Source: Strigamia acuminata
Taxonomy: Eukaryota
Assembly (NCBI GenBank): GCA_949358305.1
Contig: OX442314.1
Span: 29,636,001 to 29,700,000 of the forward strand
Direction: 5' to 3'
DNA length: 64,000 bases
The position numbers and the translations under genes are program-made. This document shows, in pieces, positions 1 through 10,332 of this stretch. The notes below the pieces were generated by a model. The model saw only the letters and a program-made list of their open reading frames with translations. It was not told the origin of the DNA and searched no databases. The stretch's first letter is position 1. The number at the start of each line of letters is the position of its first letter.

Positions 1-1648
1 TAGCTGACGCTGAAAATCCATCAGGCGGGGATCATCAATGGTCTTGATGTCGGAGAGTTCTAGCCTTTCAGCTAGTCTCTGCCAGTCCTTCTGCGACTCG
101 GCGATCTGGGCGCTTTGGTATGCGTCCAGCTTCTGGAGCACTTCCTGCTGCGCTCTAATGGGTTGCTGCTCGTAGCAGGTCCATTGTGGTCCGAATGACT
201 CACTAAAAAATGGCCGGAGTTGCAGGTTGCTAACTCCAGCCGGCAAGCGGGAAACATATCCATGTTCGGGCAAGCGGCTAGCATGTCCAGGTACTGGCAC
301 GCTACAGTCGGGAGAGATATCACCGACAACACGTCTCATGGCGTATGGAGTAGCCGGGTTGTCCACTTTGAACGTGGAGGCGGTTCGGCTACTTCGGGCG
401 GACTGGATTGTGGAGTCCGATTCGAAGCTCAGCGAAGACGACGAGCCAAACGTCTCTTGTGTCCGTCCTCGTCGCGACTGCGGGCGTGATGGCGGTGCTT
501 CAGTCGAGTATGGGCGCGATCGCCTCTGTCGCTCCTCTCGATCGCGGCTGGATTCTCGAAACATCGGGCGTGTTGCTTGATCCGGCGGAGGGAGTCTTCC
601 CACCCTCAAATCCTCGTCTTGCAGCGGAGGATTGATGGCCGCTGGGGCCGGGAGTTCATCTTCTCGATAGAAAGGGAGAGCGCATCGCGCTTGCTCCTCT
701 GCCTCGTGTTCTTGAGCCAGTTGTCGATTTTCGTCGACGCGAAGCTGCGCTGCGGCAGCTCGGAGTGCTTTCGACTGGAAGAATCCTGGAAAATCATTGA
801 AGCACCCGGCGAGCGCCAACTGGTGGAGCTCGGTTTGTGTGACGGGAAATTGCGGGTTCCCGTCACGAACGGACTGACGGTACCGCTTAACGACTTCTCG
901 CTGAGTCGTTTTGAGGTTCTTCCTCACTTGGTGGAGAGCACCGTAATTAATTCCGGTGCTCCTGAGCACTCTTCTGCGCTCGTGACGCTCTCGAGGCGTC
1001 ACTGGCCACTGGTTGTGCAGCAATTCGGCAGCTAGTGGTCCTGGGGGGCTCTCGTCGAGCGTCCACTCGATTTCGTCGACTCCGTTGACGTGAGGCGCTC
1101 GATGAACCGGCCTTTTGCTCCAAGACCTTGCAGGGCGGACTTCGAGAAGTCGTGGCGCAACTTCCACCACGTGTTGTTTGCCGTCTTCAGTCTTCTGATT
1201 TTTTCGGGCAACGCCGCTCGAAAAATCAGCGGGTGCTGAGTCGGCACGTGATCGGGAAGCGCGAATGGCGTTTCTCGATCCCTCTCGATCTATATTCGAA
1301 GAAAAATAAATAAATTAGTTTATTTAAAAATAAACAAATAATTTCTTATTTGAAATATTTTTTAAGCTTAGCGCTTGTGGCCGTGAGCCACTAAGGGAAG
1401 TTGGTTGCTATAGCAACTCCCTTCGCACATGCTTGAAGCACGTGACTTTCATAGCCGCCATTTTTATTTTTTAGCGGCTTGTGTTTGAAGTCAGGAAAAG
1501 TGAAATTACTCAATTTTTCTGACTGAAACACTAGGTAAAACTTATTTTACTAATTTACCCTCTCTTGTAACGATAATTGGACGTTGTTACCGGCTCCTTC
1601 CATCGGCGTTTCATCGTCCGCATGGAGGTTGACTTCGTCGTCTGCCAT
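1..1648 (-). CDS. Putative spliced accessory ORF downstream of pol (coding exons 1648-1591 and 1289-<1), >=449 aa, unknown function
   Basis: Stop-free minus frame 1287->1 (429 codons, absent from ORF track because no stop in window); acceptor ...tttttcttcgaatatAG at 1291-1290 with AACTAAT branch-like site; phase-1 donor GCCG|gtaaca at 1590 joins MADDEVNLHADDETPMEGA in frame. Confidence 0.7.
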
Positions 1649-1870
1649 TTTCCTTCTTTTTCGCGTCGAAAAAGAAATTCTTTCGGCTAGAAAGAATTAA
1701 TAAATTATATTAAATATATTTATCGAATTTTTCATTCAGAAAAATAACTTACAGTTTGCTGAATCAAGAAAAACTGTCGTGTGGTATCGGAGTCGATGCA
1801 TCCACTTCAAAACTTATCGGAAAAGTGGCTAAGTTCGTTGATTGGAGCAACGAACTTGTTTCGGTGACAC

Positions 1871-1939
1871 CGAATGACGTCACAAATTATAACGCATTGT
1901 GAACGTTGTCATTCGAGTGTGAACTACGAATGACGTCAC
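1871..1939. promoter_or_regulatory. Two CRE/ATF palindromes (TGACGTCA) in a 13-bp direct repeat CGAATGACGTCAC; candidate internal promoter for the accessory ORF
   Basis: TGACGTCA at 1875-1882 and 1931-1938, between the pol stop and a putative 5'UTR intron (1752-1687, gtaagt...tttctag). Confidence 0.4.
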
Positions 1940-1990
1940 GAGATTGCTCTCTCGGATCTTTTGGGTAAACCCAAAAGGTGAAAGTCAACG

Positions 1991-4900
1991 CTATGTCTTG
2001 ACTCGCGGAACGCGAGATCTCAAGTTGTACTTTGACTTTCGCGAAGTACAATCCAACTTGTTTAGATTGTCATCAGCATCGTCTCCAATGTCAGATGAGT
2101 TATTTTCTTCATTGTTTGAAATTTTCTCTTTTTCTAAAAACATTTCCTTTTCTAGATTTTCATCAAGAGAAACATTTTCAAGTCGCTTGTTTATTTCATC
2201 GACTTCGTTATCTTTGAGTTTCGATTTTTCACTCGATTCCGTGTTTTCGACAGGAATTTTGGATAATTCAACATCATCCAAGGTATTAACAATATTTTTT
2301 GTTTTTTGACCCACTTCCTCCCCTTCCAGCCAAATTTCTTGGTTGAAAACGGGAAAGTACGGCATTAATTCAGTGCCGTGAACAGCTGGATAAATTTTAT
2401 TATCACTCAGCCGTCGAAGTTGAAAGGCGCCTCCTTGTAACCTTTTGACAATTACATAAGGCCCATTCCTTTTCGGTGAAATTCCTGCTGCTATTCCTTT
2501 AGCGGCATTTGAGAGAATATGAGACTCTCGCCAGACTAAATCATTTTGTCTGAAGTTGTCGAATTTCTTATCTGATTTTTCAGCTTCGACACGGCGTCTC
2601 AAATCTAAGACGTGAGACATCATATGCTGATATGTCTCTGCAATTATTGCTTCTAATTTTTGAACATATAAATGCGGATTTTTTGGATCAATGACCAAAA
2701 TTCCTTCCGGAATTCTTGGATCCCAAGGAATTCTTAATTCTCGGAAAAAATTCAAGAAAGCTGGAGAATAATCTCTGCCTCTTGTTACAGTTGTTCTCAA
2801 ACTGAATGCAAATTTGCGTAGATACTCATCCCATTGGTCGTGAATATCTAAATAAATCGAAACTAAATATTTAATATCTCGATTGGTTCTCTCCACAGGA
2901 TTGCTTTGTGGATGATAAATCGATGTCGGTGTTCGCGACATGTCGAATTTTTTGCAAAATTCTTTATAGACCTGTGATCGAAATTGAGGTCCATTATCAC
3001 TTATAATTTGTCTTGGAAATCCAAAAGTTATTGATAAGTGATAAATTGTGTTGGCAACTTTCATTGCCGTTGGATTACACATTGGAAATAATTCTGGCCA
3101 ATGTGTAGCGACATCTACGATGACGCAAATGTGGGTATTGTTTCTTCTGGTTCTTGGTTTGGGACCAGACAAATCCACACTGAGGCAGTCAAATGGTCCA
3201 AATGGTCCAATTTGAGCGCCTTCAATTTCGGTCTTCGATCTCGGCTTGCATGCCTGACATCCTTGACAATGTTGAATAAAACGTGTAATATCACGTTTCA
3301 TACCTTTCCAGGTATAAACTCTTCGAGTTCTGTACATTGTCCTCGCAATGCCTGGGTGGCCGGACAGTGGATGTCCGTGCATCAACCATATGATTTTATA
3401 AATCAATTTTCTTGGCACAACAACTTTAAGTGCCCTACCATCCTCTCCTAATTCATCGGTAGAGGTAGGATGATAATGGAGTAACATATCTTCTTCAATG
3501 AGATAAGTACTCGCGTGTCTTTCAAAATTTCTTCTTTGAAGACGAGTTACTATGTAACTTGGATATTGCTTGTTTAACAAGTAATTGCGAATATGTTGGC
3601 AAAATTTGTCTGCTTTTTGCGCCGCAATAATGTCATCTCTCGTTGGAGGATCACATTCTAATTGTTTGGCAATTTTAGCTGCAAATGCTTTAATTAAAAC
3701 ATTTGTTGTTGGCAGCTCGAATTTTTTAGCCATCATAGCTCTTAATTCGACGTCAGGGGTTCCTGACGGATCATGCATTTTAATACAAAAATTAATTAAT
3801 GCTTGATCATCTTCATTAACTATTATCGACTTGGGTAATTCGTTCAATTTTCCCATTTGCCAACTTCGGCAAGGAGATGGGCAATATGATAATAAATCAT
3901 CATTATCGCCATCGTCTTCTGGTTCGTCAGGTGCACTGACAGGTGCACGAGACAATGCGTCTGCTATTACATTCAGCGGACCTTTGACGTACTGTATTTC
4001 GAACGAATACGCCATCAGCTCCATTTGCCAACGAGCTAATCTGCCCGACGGGTCAGATAACGACATCAACCATTTTAAGGCTTGGTGATCCGTTTGTACA
4101 GTGAATGTAGTGTACTCTAAATATGGGCGAAATTTGCGCAATCCCCATACTACTGCGAGACATTCTAATTCTGTCACAGTATAATTCTTTTCAGCGGGTT
4201 GCAAGCTTCTGCTTGCATACACGCATGGCATTTCGACTTCTTGGCCATCCACATTTTTCTTTTGTGTAAGGGCTGCACCCAACCCTTGTTTACTGGCGTC
4301 AGTATGAACAATAAATGGCATGTACAAGTCAGGCATCTTCATTGTTTCAGCATTCGTAAGCAGGTCTTTTATTGCGTCGAATGCTGCTTGATGATGCAGT
4401 TCCCAATCGAACTCCGCATCTTTCTTCAAGAGAGGCCTTAATGGTTCTGCAACCGTGGCCAAATTCTTGATTAGGCGGTGAAAGAAATTCACCATGCCTA
4501 GAAATCTTTGTAATTCCTTAAGATTGGTAGGAGCCGGAAATTGCGTAATTGCAGCGACTTTTTTAGGGTCTACTGCAAGTCCTTCTACTCCTACTTTGTA
4601 GCCTAGAAAAATTAATTCCTTTCTACAGAGATGCGTCTTGCCAGGATGCGCATGTAAATTAGCTTCTGCCAATTTTTTAAACACTATATCTAAATGTTTA
4701 ATGTGTTCTTCGAACGATTTGGATACAACAATTATGTCATCCAAATATGCCCATGCAAATTTTCTGTAAACGTCACCCAAAACTTTTTCCATCAATTCTT
4801 GGAAGGTAGTTGGTGCGTTTACTAATCCGAAAGGCATGACTAAAAACATTAGTCTTCCCATTGGGCTCCAGAAGGCAGTTTTTTCTCTGTCTTCAGGTCG

Positions 4901-6250
4901 CAATTCTATCTGCCAATATCCCTTAGTCAGATCTATAGTACTGACCCACTCGAATTCTCCGATTTCTCGCAGAATTTCCTCAATTGTTGGCATTTGAGGT
5001 GGGTTGTACTTAGTATGTGTATTGATGGGGCGAAAATCAATGCACAAGCGTGGGTCGTTTCCTGGTCGCATGACTAGGACTGGCCGCATTCCGTAATCGC
5101 CTTCAGCTTTGACGACTACGCCTTTGTCAATCATGTCTTGACAAAGTTGTCTAATTATTTCCCTTTTTTGAGGGTTTATGCTCTTAAAGGGGACACGGAT
5201 GGGTTTCTCCGTGTCAAGCTCAATTTTGTGCTTAACCAGGTGTGTTTTACCTGGATCTTTAGAAATAATCCTTTTATGTTTGGATAACATTTTTTCTAAT
5301 AATTTGGATTGCTCCAAATTTAAGTTAGCTTCTTCGACTAACTTTTGGATGAAATTCTCTTCATCAATTTTGCTTTGAGTTACACTCGCAGCGTAAGCTT
5401 TTGCGAAGGTCACAAATGAGGAATCGGGTTCCTCTATTTTCTCCAAATAACGTTCCAGCAACGCTTGTGGAATGTATGGCAAATCTGCATCCACAGGTTG
5501 CGTAAAATTCCAAGACATCGTCTGTGGATTAGGTTGGATTTTTAATTTATTCATAAAATCGCAACCCAATAGTACCATTGGATACTTATTTGGTATTACG
5601 ATGAACGGATGACGTAATGTGCCATGTGTCCATCGAAATGAAAGATGGATTGTTCCATCTGGAGTGACTTCTTCACTAGCCGTCGTAACTCTGACACCAG
5701 GTCCGATAGGTCGTAGGTATTTTTCTAGACCTAATTGATTAATAACTGAAGTGGCTAGGAAGCTCTTATTTGCTCCTGAGTCCAACATACCAGTTATTAC
5801 ACCTTTTAACGTTTCTAACTTTAACGTCGGAAGGTCTTGGCTGTTTGGTATTCCAGCCAGTTTGCACTCAAACTTGCGCAATTTATGATGAATTGTAATT
5901 GGAGGCTCCAAAGGCAATTCATCTAATAACTCATTGGTATCAAGAGTTGTAGCTGCAAATAACTTAATGCACTCCTCAATTCCAGTCGTTTCTGGAACCG
6001 AGCTTGGTCTATCGTCTTTAACTTCGACTTTATCTTGAATATTGGAAGTGTCTTCTTCAGTCGGAGTTTCGCCGACAATCTCCTTCTTTAACTCAAGAGA
6101 TTCTTTTTCTTTTAGTTCTGTTTGACGAATTAATTCATCAATAACTTCTCCAACATCTTCCATTATCTTCAGATTTTCATTCTCTGATTCCGATTTCGGA
6201 GAAGACGCAGTGTCCACTAGACCTGATGGATCTGCGTCTACAAGTTTTTT
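1991..6250 (-). CDS. pol: Gypsy Pol polyprotein (protease, RT, RNase H, integrase), expressed by -1 frameshift
   Basis: 1408-aa ORF 1991-6217 with LDSGA, RLCIDFR, DLTKGYWQ, MPFGL, YLDD, HTDAS, HHCC zinc finger and DDE integrase; frame open upstream to the slippery site. Confidence 0.96.
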   Translation of the reverse strand, partial: KKLVDADPSGLVDTASSPKSESENENLKIMEDVGEVIDELIRQTELKEKESLELKKEIVGETPTEEDTSNIQDKVEVKDDRPSSVPETTGIEECIKLFAATTLDTNELLDELPLEPPITIHHKLRKFECKLAGIPNSQDLPTLKLETLKGVITGMLDSGANKSFLATSVINQLGLEKYLRPIGPGVRVTTASEEVTPDGTIHLSFRWTHGTLRHPFIVIPNKYPMVLLGCDFMNKLKIQPNPQTMSWNFTQPVDADLPYIPQALLERYLEKIEEPDSSFVTFAKAYAASVTQSKIDEENFIQKLVEEANLNLEQSKLLEKMLSKHKRIISKDPGKTHLVKHKIELDTEKPIRVPFKSINPQKREIIRQLCQDMIDKGVVVKAEGDYGMRPVLVMRPGNDPRLCIDFRPINTHTKYNPPQMPTIEEILREIGEFEWVSTIDLTKGYWQIELRPEDREKTAFWSPMGRLMFLVMPFGLVNAPTTFQELMEKVLGDVYRKFAWAYLDDIIVVSKSFEEHIKHLDIVFKKLAEANLHAHPGKTHLCRKELIFLGYKVGVEGLAVDPKKVAAITQFPAPTNLKELQRFLGMVNFFHRLIKNLATVAEPLRPLLKKDAEFDWELHHQAAFDAIKDLLTNAETMKMPDLYMPFIVHTDASKQGLGAALTQKKNVDGQEVEMPCVYASRSLQPAEKNYTVTELECLAVVWGLRKFRPYLEYTTFTVQTDHQALKWLMSLSDPSGRLARWQMELMAYSFEIQYVKGPLNVIADALSRAPVSAPDEPEDDGDNDDLLSYCPSPCRSWQMGKLNELPKSIIVNEDDQALINFCIKMHDPSGTPDVELRAMMAKKFELPTTNVLIKAFAAKIAKQLECDPPTRDDIIAAQKADKFCQHIRNYLLNKQYPSYIVTRLQRRNFERHASTYLIEEDMLLHYHPTSTDELGEDGRALKVVVPRKLIYKIIWLMHGHPLSGHPGIARTMYRTRRVYTWKGMKRDITRFIQHCQGCQACKPRSKTEIEGAQIGPFGPFDCLSVDLSGPKPRTRRNNTHICVIVDVATHWPELFPMCNPTAMKVANTIYHLSITFGFPRQIISDNGPQFRSQVYKEFCKKFDMSRTPTSIYHPQSNPVERTNRDIKYLVSIYLDIHDQWDEYLRKFAFSLRTTVTRGRDYSPAFLNFFRELRIPWDPRIPEGILVIDPKNPHLYVQKLEAIIAETYQHMMSHVLDLRRRVEAEKSDKKFDNFRQNDLVWRESHILSNAAKGIAAGISPKRNGPYVIVKRLQGGAFQLRRLSDNKIYPAVHGTELMPYFPVFNQEIWLEGEEVGQKTKNIVNTLDDVELSKIPVENTESSEKSKLKDNEVDEINKRLENVSLDENLEKEMFLEKEKISNNEENNSSDIGDDADDNLNKLDCTSRKSKYNLRSRVPRVKT
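6203..6250 (-). promoter_or_regulatory. -1 ribosomal frameshift signal: A_AAA_AAC plus downstream stem-loop
   Basis: Minus strand CGA AAA AAC TTG TAG (gag) vs AAA AAA CTT GTA GAC (pol); stem AGACGCAG-A-TCCA...TGGA-CA-CTGCGTCT starts 4 nt after the heptamer. Confidence 0.85.
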
Positions 6251-9200
6251 CGAAACATGTCAGTTATGATCTTGACTGCTTTTTCAAACTCAGCTGTTGA
6301 CACTGGTTTGTCCTTTTTAGAGGATGGGCAGTCTTTTTGCCAATGCCCTAATTTTTTGCATAAATTGCATGGATCAGTGGCAGGCGATTTCTTTTTCGTT
6401 GCTGCTAGCGAGGCAGAACGAGAACGAGCGTCAGACCGGCGCTCTGGCGACACCGCGGGTGATTTTGAATTCCTTTCGGTATTCACCTTTGATGCGTCAA
6501 ATGAAACATTTTTTGGTTTCATTCTTGGCTTCCATTTGCCTGCAACGGGGTTATTTTTTGCTAACAACGCCGCTGCTTTGGCTAATAAAGCCAACGTCTC
6601 GTCTCCCGCTTCCTCCTCCTCTTCAGCTTCTTCAGCGTCAGACGGCGGAGTTTCAGCTCCAGTTATATTTGCATGTAACTTAGGGACTGAATGAGGATTT
6701 TTGACGTCCTTTTTGGAAGATTCTTTTTTCGAACTCTTCCCTTCCACTTCGTCTAGAAAGTCTTCGTAACTAGGTGGCTGCAACAATTTCAAACCATTCA
6801 AGGTTTCATTGTTTTGCTCAGCGAGTCTCTTCTCTCGCTTTAAGTACGCTGACCTTTCGGCATCTGTAAGGTAGGCTTTGTACTTTTCGTCAATGCGTAA
6901 TTGATTGACCTCCATGAACTCGTTTAACTCGGAGAATTTCCCCGGGTCGGGAGCGTCCGACATCATCAGAATATTTTTACTATATTCTGTGAGACCAGCT
7001 CTGAACTGATCATCTGCTGTTGCGTCAGTAACGGCATGTGGCATTCTGCCAAGCAGATTCTCTGCTCTTAGCATGTACGAATGTAAGCTTTCGCCTTTTC
7101 GTTGCTTAAGACATCTCCAGAGCGTCTTGATGTCTTCGCTCGATTCACCAAATTTGAACATAAATTGTTTAACGAAGTCATCCCACTTCGTGAAGTCTTT
7201 CCTGCGAAACCACTCCTTGACATCGCCAACCAGTATTCTTGGTACTAGATGGGCCAATGCACCTTCACAGCCAAAACTGTGAACCTTGCCTAGTTCGAAT
7301 ATTTCCAGCAAGAGGTTTGACCCTGCTTGCCAATTTCCATTATAGGCATGTGGGATAACTCGATCCCATCTAATGAACTTTTCATCTGTTGTTTGATGAG
7401 TCCATTTATCAGAAGTGAATTCATTTATTTTTTGCAAAATAATTTTATCCCTTCTGTTTTTTCGCTGTTGTTGAGCATTTTGCCTCAACAACTGGTCAAT
7501 CTCATCTTTCGTGTAGAAATCGGGTCTTTGAGTTCTACTACGTGTTCTGTGACGAGATCGCCCTCTCACACTGGGACGTGAGGAATCTGTATCTGACGCA
7601 GATTCATGATTCGGATTTGGCGGCGGATCAGGGTCCGGAGGATCGTCGCCATCTGGCGGACGACGGTCTCCATTTGGTGGTCCCCTTCCACCTCGATTGC
7701 CATTCGAATTGTGGTCACGTGAGTGGCCACCTCCATGTCCATCTGAACTATCTCCACCTGGTGGGTCACCACCTGGTGGATTTCCACGGTATCTCGGCCC
7801 ATCACGGATGTCGTTGTGACAATCTCGCTTTGGTGAGCCTTCTCGCGGATTATCGTGTGACCGTCCACGATCGTGTGGTTTCTCACGTTCTTTATTTTTT
7901 CTCTCTAGCAATCCGATTAATCGGTCACTATTGCTAAAGAATCGATCCGAATTTTGCGGAACTTTTGGGAAATGATATTCGGTCGGGTCTGGTTGTCGCT
8001 TTCGCTTTTTGCGACTGTGATGACTATTACGGCTTCCACGACTACTGCGTGAGTCATCACTGTCAGTCCAACTTGATTGTCGACTGACTTTTGGTTTAGC
8101 TGATGTTAAATCAATCAACTCAGGTGATTTGGAAGCACCTTTTTGCAAAACTGGGGCTGGCTTTGCAAAATTATTTTTGCCGCAAACGTCTTGTACTTTT
8201 TGTACGACTACTGCAAAGTTCTCTTGTACCGTCAATAGATCTGCGCGAAGAATTTCGTTTTCACGAGCTTGCGCAGCTAAGTCGGCACGCAATAACTGCT
8301 CTGCAATACTTTGACTTTTGGCGGCTTGACCAGCATCAATTACTGACTGCTGTCGAGCGAGAAATACTTCATTTTCTCGTTGCGCTAATCTCTTAGCTCT
8401 TGCTGCTTGTTCTGCAGCATAATTCTCGTTATTTCGAGAAGTGGAGGGAATTACTTCCCTCGCTCGAACTGGGGCGGTTAGTTCGGCAGTCATTAAATTT
8501 GTGTTGGCTTCTCGCAAATTTGCGTTGGCCAATCTCAAATTTTCATTAGCAATTTCTAAATCTTTTTGGGCTTGATTTAGTTGCTCGAGCCTTTGTTGTT
8601 GCTCTTCGTCAGTAATTAGCCAGGAAGCTTTTTCCTGCTCTAATTGTAACAACTTAACATGATCATTCGCACGTTGTTGTTTTAGTTCGGCATTTTGCTG
8701 CTGCATTTCTGCATGCATTCGCTCGAACTCTGCTTGCAAGCTTGTTCTGACGATTTCAACGTCTTTTTGGCTTTGTTTGCGGACCATAGCTTTGTGGATT
8801 TGTTCCACAGTCATTTCGCTAGTGACTTTTACTCCCTCGAGCCTAGCTTGCTCACGGAGTGCGTCCATCATGGTTACACGCACGGGAGAATGAGAAACTT
8901 CCATATTGGAGTTCTCAGAATCTTGATGCGCTGCACCTTGGACTGGTGATGAATTCAGCGAGTGCTCCGCACTTGATGATTGAATTCGTAAATTCAAATC
9001 ATCGTTTTGCGTCTTGGAATGGCCACTTCCAGTTGGATTGTTTAAGTCCAACTGGCCGCTTGGCGGGGATGGCTGTTGTCGCTCCAACGCTTGCGTGAAT
9101 TCATTCACGATTAACTGTGCCGAGTTACAGTTAGCTGTTTGATCCATGGTTTCAAACAGTTCTTGTGACTCAGTCACTTCTTGATCCACGGCTGGTAGAT

Positions 9201-9261
9201 CGATCGCCACTCGTCTCTTCGCCGGCCTTCCTCTCGGTCTCTTCTCTGAAGGAGTCGCCAT
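6238..9261 (-). CDS. gag: Gypsy Gag, 1007 aa (coiled-coil N-half, capsid-like region, CCHC knuckle)
   Basis: CNLCKKLGHWQKDC; retrotransposon gag-like segment W-FVKQF-KFG...LKQRKGESL-SY; lies between PBS and pol. Confidence 0.93.
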   Translation of the reverse strand: MATPSEKRPRGRPAKRRVAIDLPAVDQEVTESQELFETMDQTANCNSAQLIVNEFTQALERQQPSPPSGQLDLNNPTGSGHSKTQNDDLNLRIQSSSAEHSLNSSPVQGAAHQDSENSNMEVSHSPVRVTMMDALREQARLEGVKVTSEMTVEQIHKAMVRKQSQKDVEIVRTSLQAEFERMHAEMQQQNAELKQQRANDHVKLLQLEQEKASWLITDEEQQQRLEQLNQAQKDLEIANENLRLANANLREANTNLMTAELTAPVRAREVIPSTSRNNENYAAEQAARAKRLAQRENEVFLARQQSVIDAGQAAKSQSIAEQLLRADLAAQARENEILRADLLTVQENFAVVVQKVQDVCGKNNFAKPAPVLQKGASKSPELIDLTSAKPKVSRQSSWTDSDDSRSSRGSRNSHHSRKKRKRQPDPTEYHFPKVPQNSDRFFSNSDRLIGLLERKNKEREKPHDRGRSHDNPREGSPKRDCHNDIRDGPRYRGNPPGGDPPGGDSSDGHGGGHSRDHNSNGNRGGRGPPNGDRRPPDGDDPPDPDPPPNPNHESASDTDSSRPSVRGRSRHRTRSRTQRPDFYTKDEIDQLLRQNAQQQRKNRRDKIILQKINEFTSDKWTHQTTDEKFIRWDRVIPHAYNGNWQAGSNLLLEIFELGKVHSFGCEGALAHLVPRILVGDVKEWFRRKDFTKWDDFVKQFMFKFGESSEDIKTLWRCLKQRKGESLHSYMLRAENLLGRMPHAVTDATADDQFRAGLTEYSKNILMMSDAPDPGKFSELNEFMEVNQLRIDEKYKAYLTDAERSAYLKREKRLAEQNNETLNGLKLLQPPSYEDFLDEVEGKSSKKESSKKDVKNPHSVPKLHANITGAETPPSDAEEAEEEEEAGDETLALLAKAAALLAKNNPVAGKWKPRMKPKNVSFDASKVNTERNSKSPAVSPERRSDARSRSASLAATKKKSPATDPCNLCKKLGHWQKDCPSSKKDKPVSTAEFEKAVKIITDMFRKNL

Positions 9262-9352
9262 TTTTCAATGAGGATAAAGAAAGGATAGAGAAGAAAGATA
9301 AGCAAGATAAAAATGGCGGGTAAATTTTAACTAACAAAGTTATACAATGACT

Positions 9353-9370
9353 ATCCCGGACGGGCCCCCA
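9353..9370 (-). promoter_or_regulatory. Primer-binding site, tRNA-Pro type
   Basis: Minus strand TGGGGGCCCGTCCGGGAT, one mismatch from the MLV-type tRNA-Pro PBS TGGGGGCTCGTCCGGGAT, 2 nt after the LTR end. Confidence 0.9.
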
Positions 9371-9372
9371 CG

Positions 9373-10332
9373 TGCTGCGATCCGGGTTTTTATCCACTTA
9401 ATTTCTAATAAATTAAGCAGAAACCGCAGGTGAATGCTATAAAAGACTTACAATCGGCGGCCTTAAATTATCTAGGGGTTAAGTTTAAGGAAAAGAAATA
9501 AAAAGACAGTTTTATCAATAAAAATCACAAATATGTATTTATTCGTTTAAATTACAATGACTAGTTAAAAATATCACGAATGCGACAAGTCGCGAAATGA
9601 AATGAGCGGGAACAATGGAAGGGCTTGCAACGACTGTTGCAAGCTACAAAGCGTCAGAAATGGCGCTTAAACAACACACAGTTGTTAGGCGAAGGCAAAT
9701 TGTCTTCGTTCTGCAAACTCACGAACGATGGTCGAAGACGATGGTTCTCGTGGGTTTCTTCTATGGCTCGTGCGACGGCTCGGCGGCGGTGGTTGACGGC
9801 TGTAGGCGTCTGGTCCAGGTACGATGGCGATGGTTGCCGTTCGCGCGGCAACGATGGCGATGGTTCACTTGGATCAGGAAACTTCTTCTCGTTACGTTTG
9901 CTGGAATTAGCTACGGCTAATTCAAGCAGGATAGCTGGCTTTGTAATTCGTTACAAAGCAAGCTGGTGAAACTTGACGGTTACACGGTCCACTGTCAATA
10001 CGTATTGTCGGAGCAGATATCGCAGTGATGTTGTGGGTTGTGTATTTTTGTCAAGAGTCCCGATTTGAGCCAAGGCGCGAGCCCAGCACGCTTCAATATT
10101 GCGCAGAAAACCTGCGCACTTAGCTCAAATGGGTGCAACTAGTGGTTATTACACCATATTGCACCATAACGGCTAATAACCGTCTTCACCCCGGACAACC
10201 TGGGGTGATATGTGCCTAGAGAGGATTTCTCCCCTCGGTCACATGATCTGACTTGGCGTGTGCCACAGTCAAATTAATTAGAAGACAATTAATTTTATCT
10301 TCTAAGTTGGTGAATATTTTGAGATCACCACA
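9373..10332 (-). repeat. 5' LTR (~960 bp) of the left Gypsy element
   Basis: Minus strand TGTGGTGATCTCAAA...GGATCGCAGCA, adjacent to PBS; outer end inferred from terminal similarity to LTR 62014-63498. Confidence 0.75.

Larger units (their letters stand above)
1..10332 (-). mobile_element. Ty3/Gypsy LTR retrotransposon (5' LTR, PBS, gag, pol, extra 3' ORF); 3' LTR lies beyond the left edge
   Basis: 5' LTR 9373-10332, tRNA-Pro PBS, gag with CCHC, pol PR-RT-RH-IN; no PPT or second LTR between pol end (1991) and position 1, so the left boundary is inferred. Confidence 0.85.

Noticed and set aside
220..1313. Plus-strand ORFs (220-489, 227-580, 577-1035, 1128-1313) and short minus ORFs
   Set aside because: Shadows or alternative frames of the long minus-strand frame 1287->1
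1..1648. Accessory ORF as an env gene
   Set aside because: No signal peptide, TM segment or Cys pattern in the visible 449 aa; the unseen C-terminus prevents full exclusion
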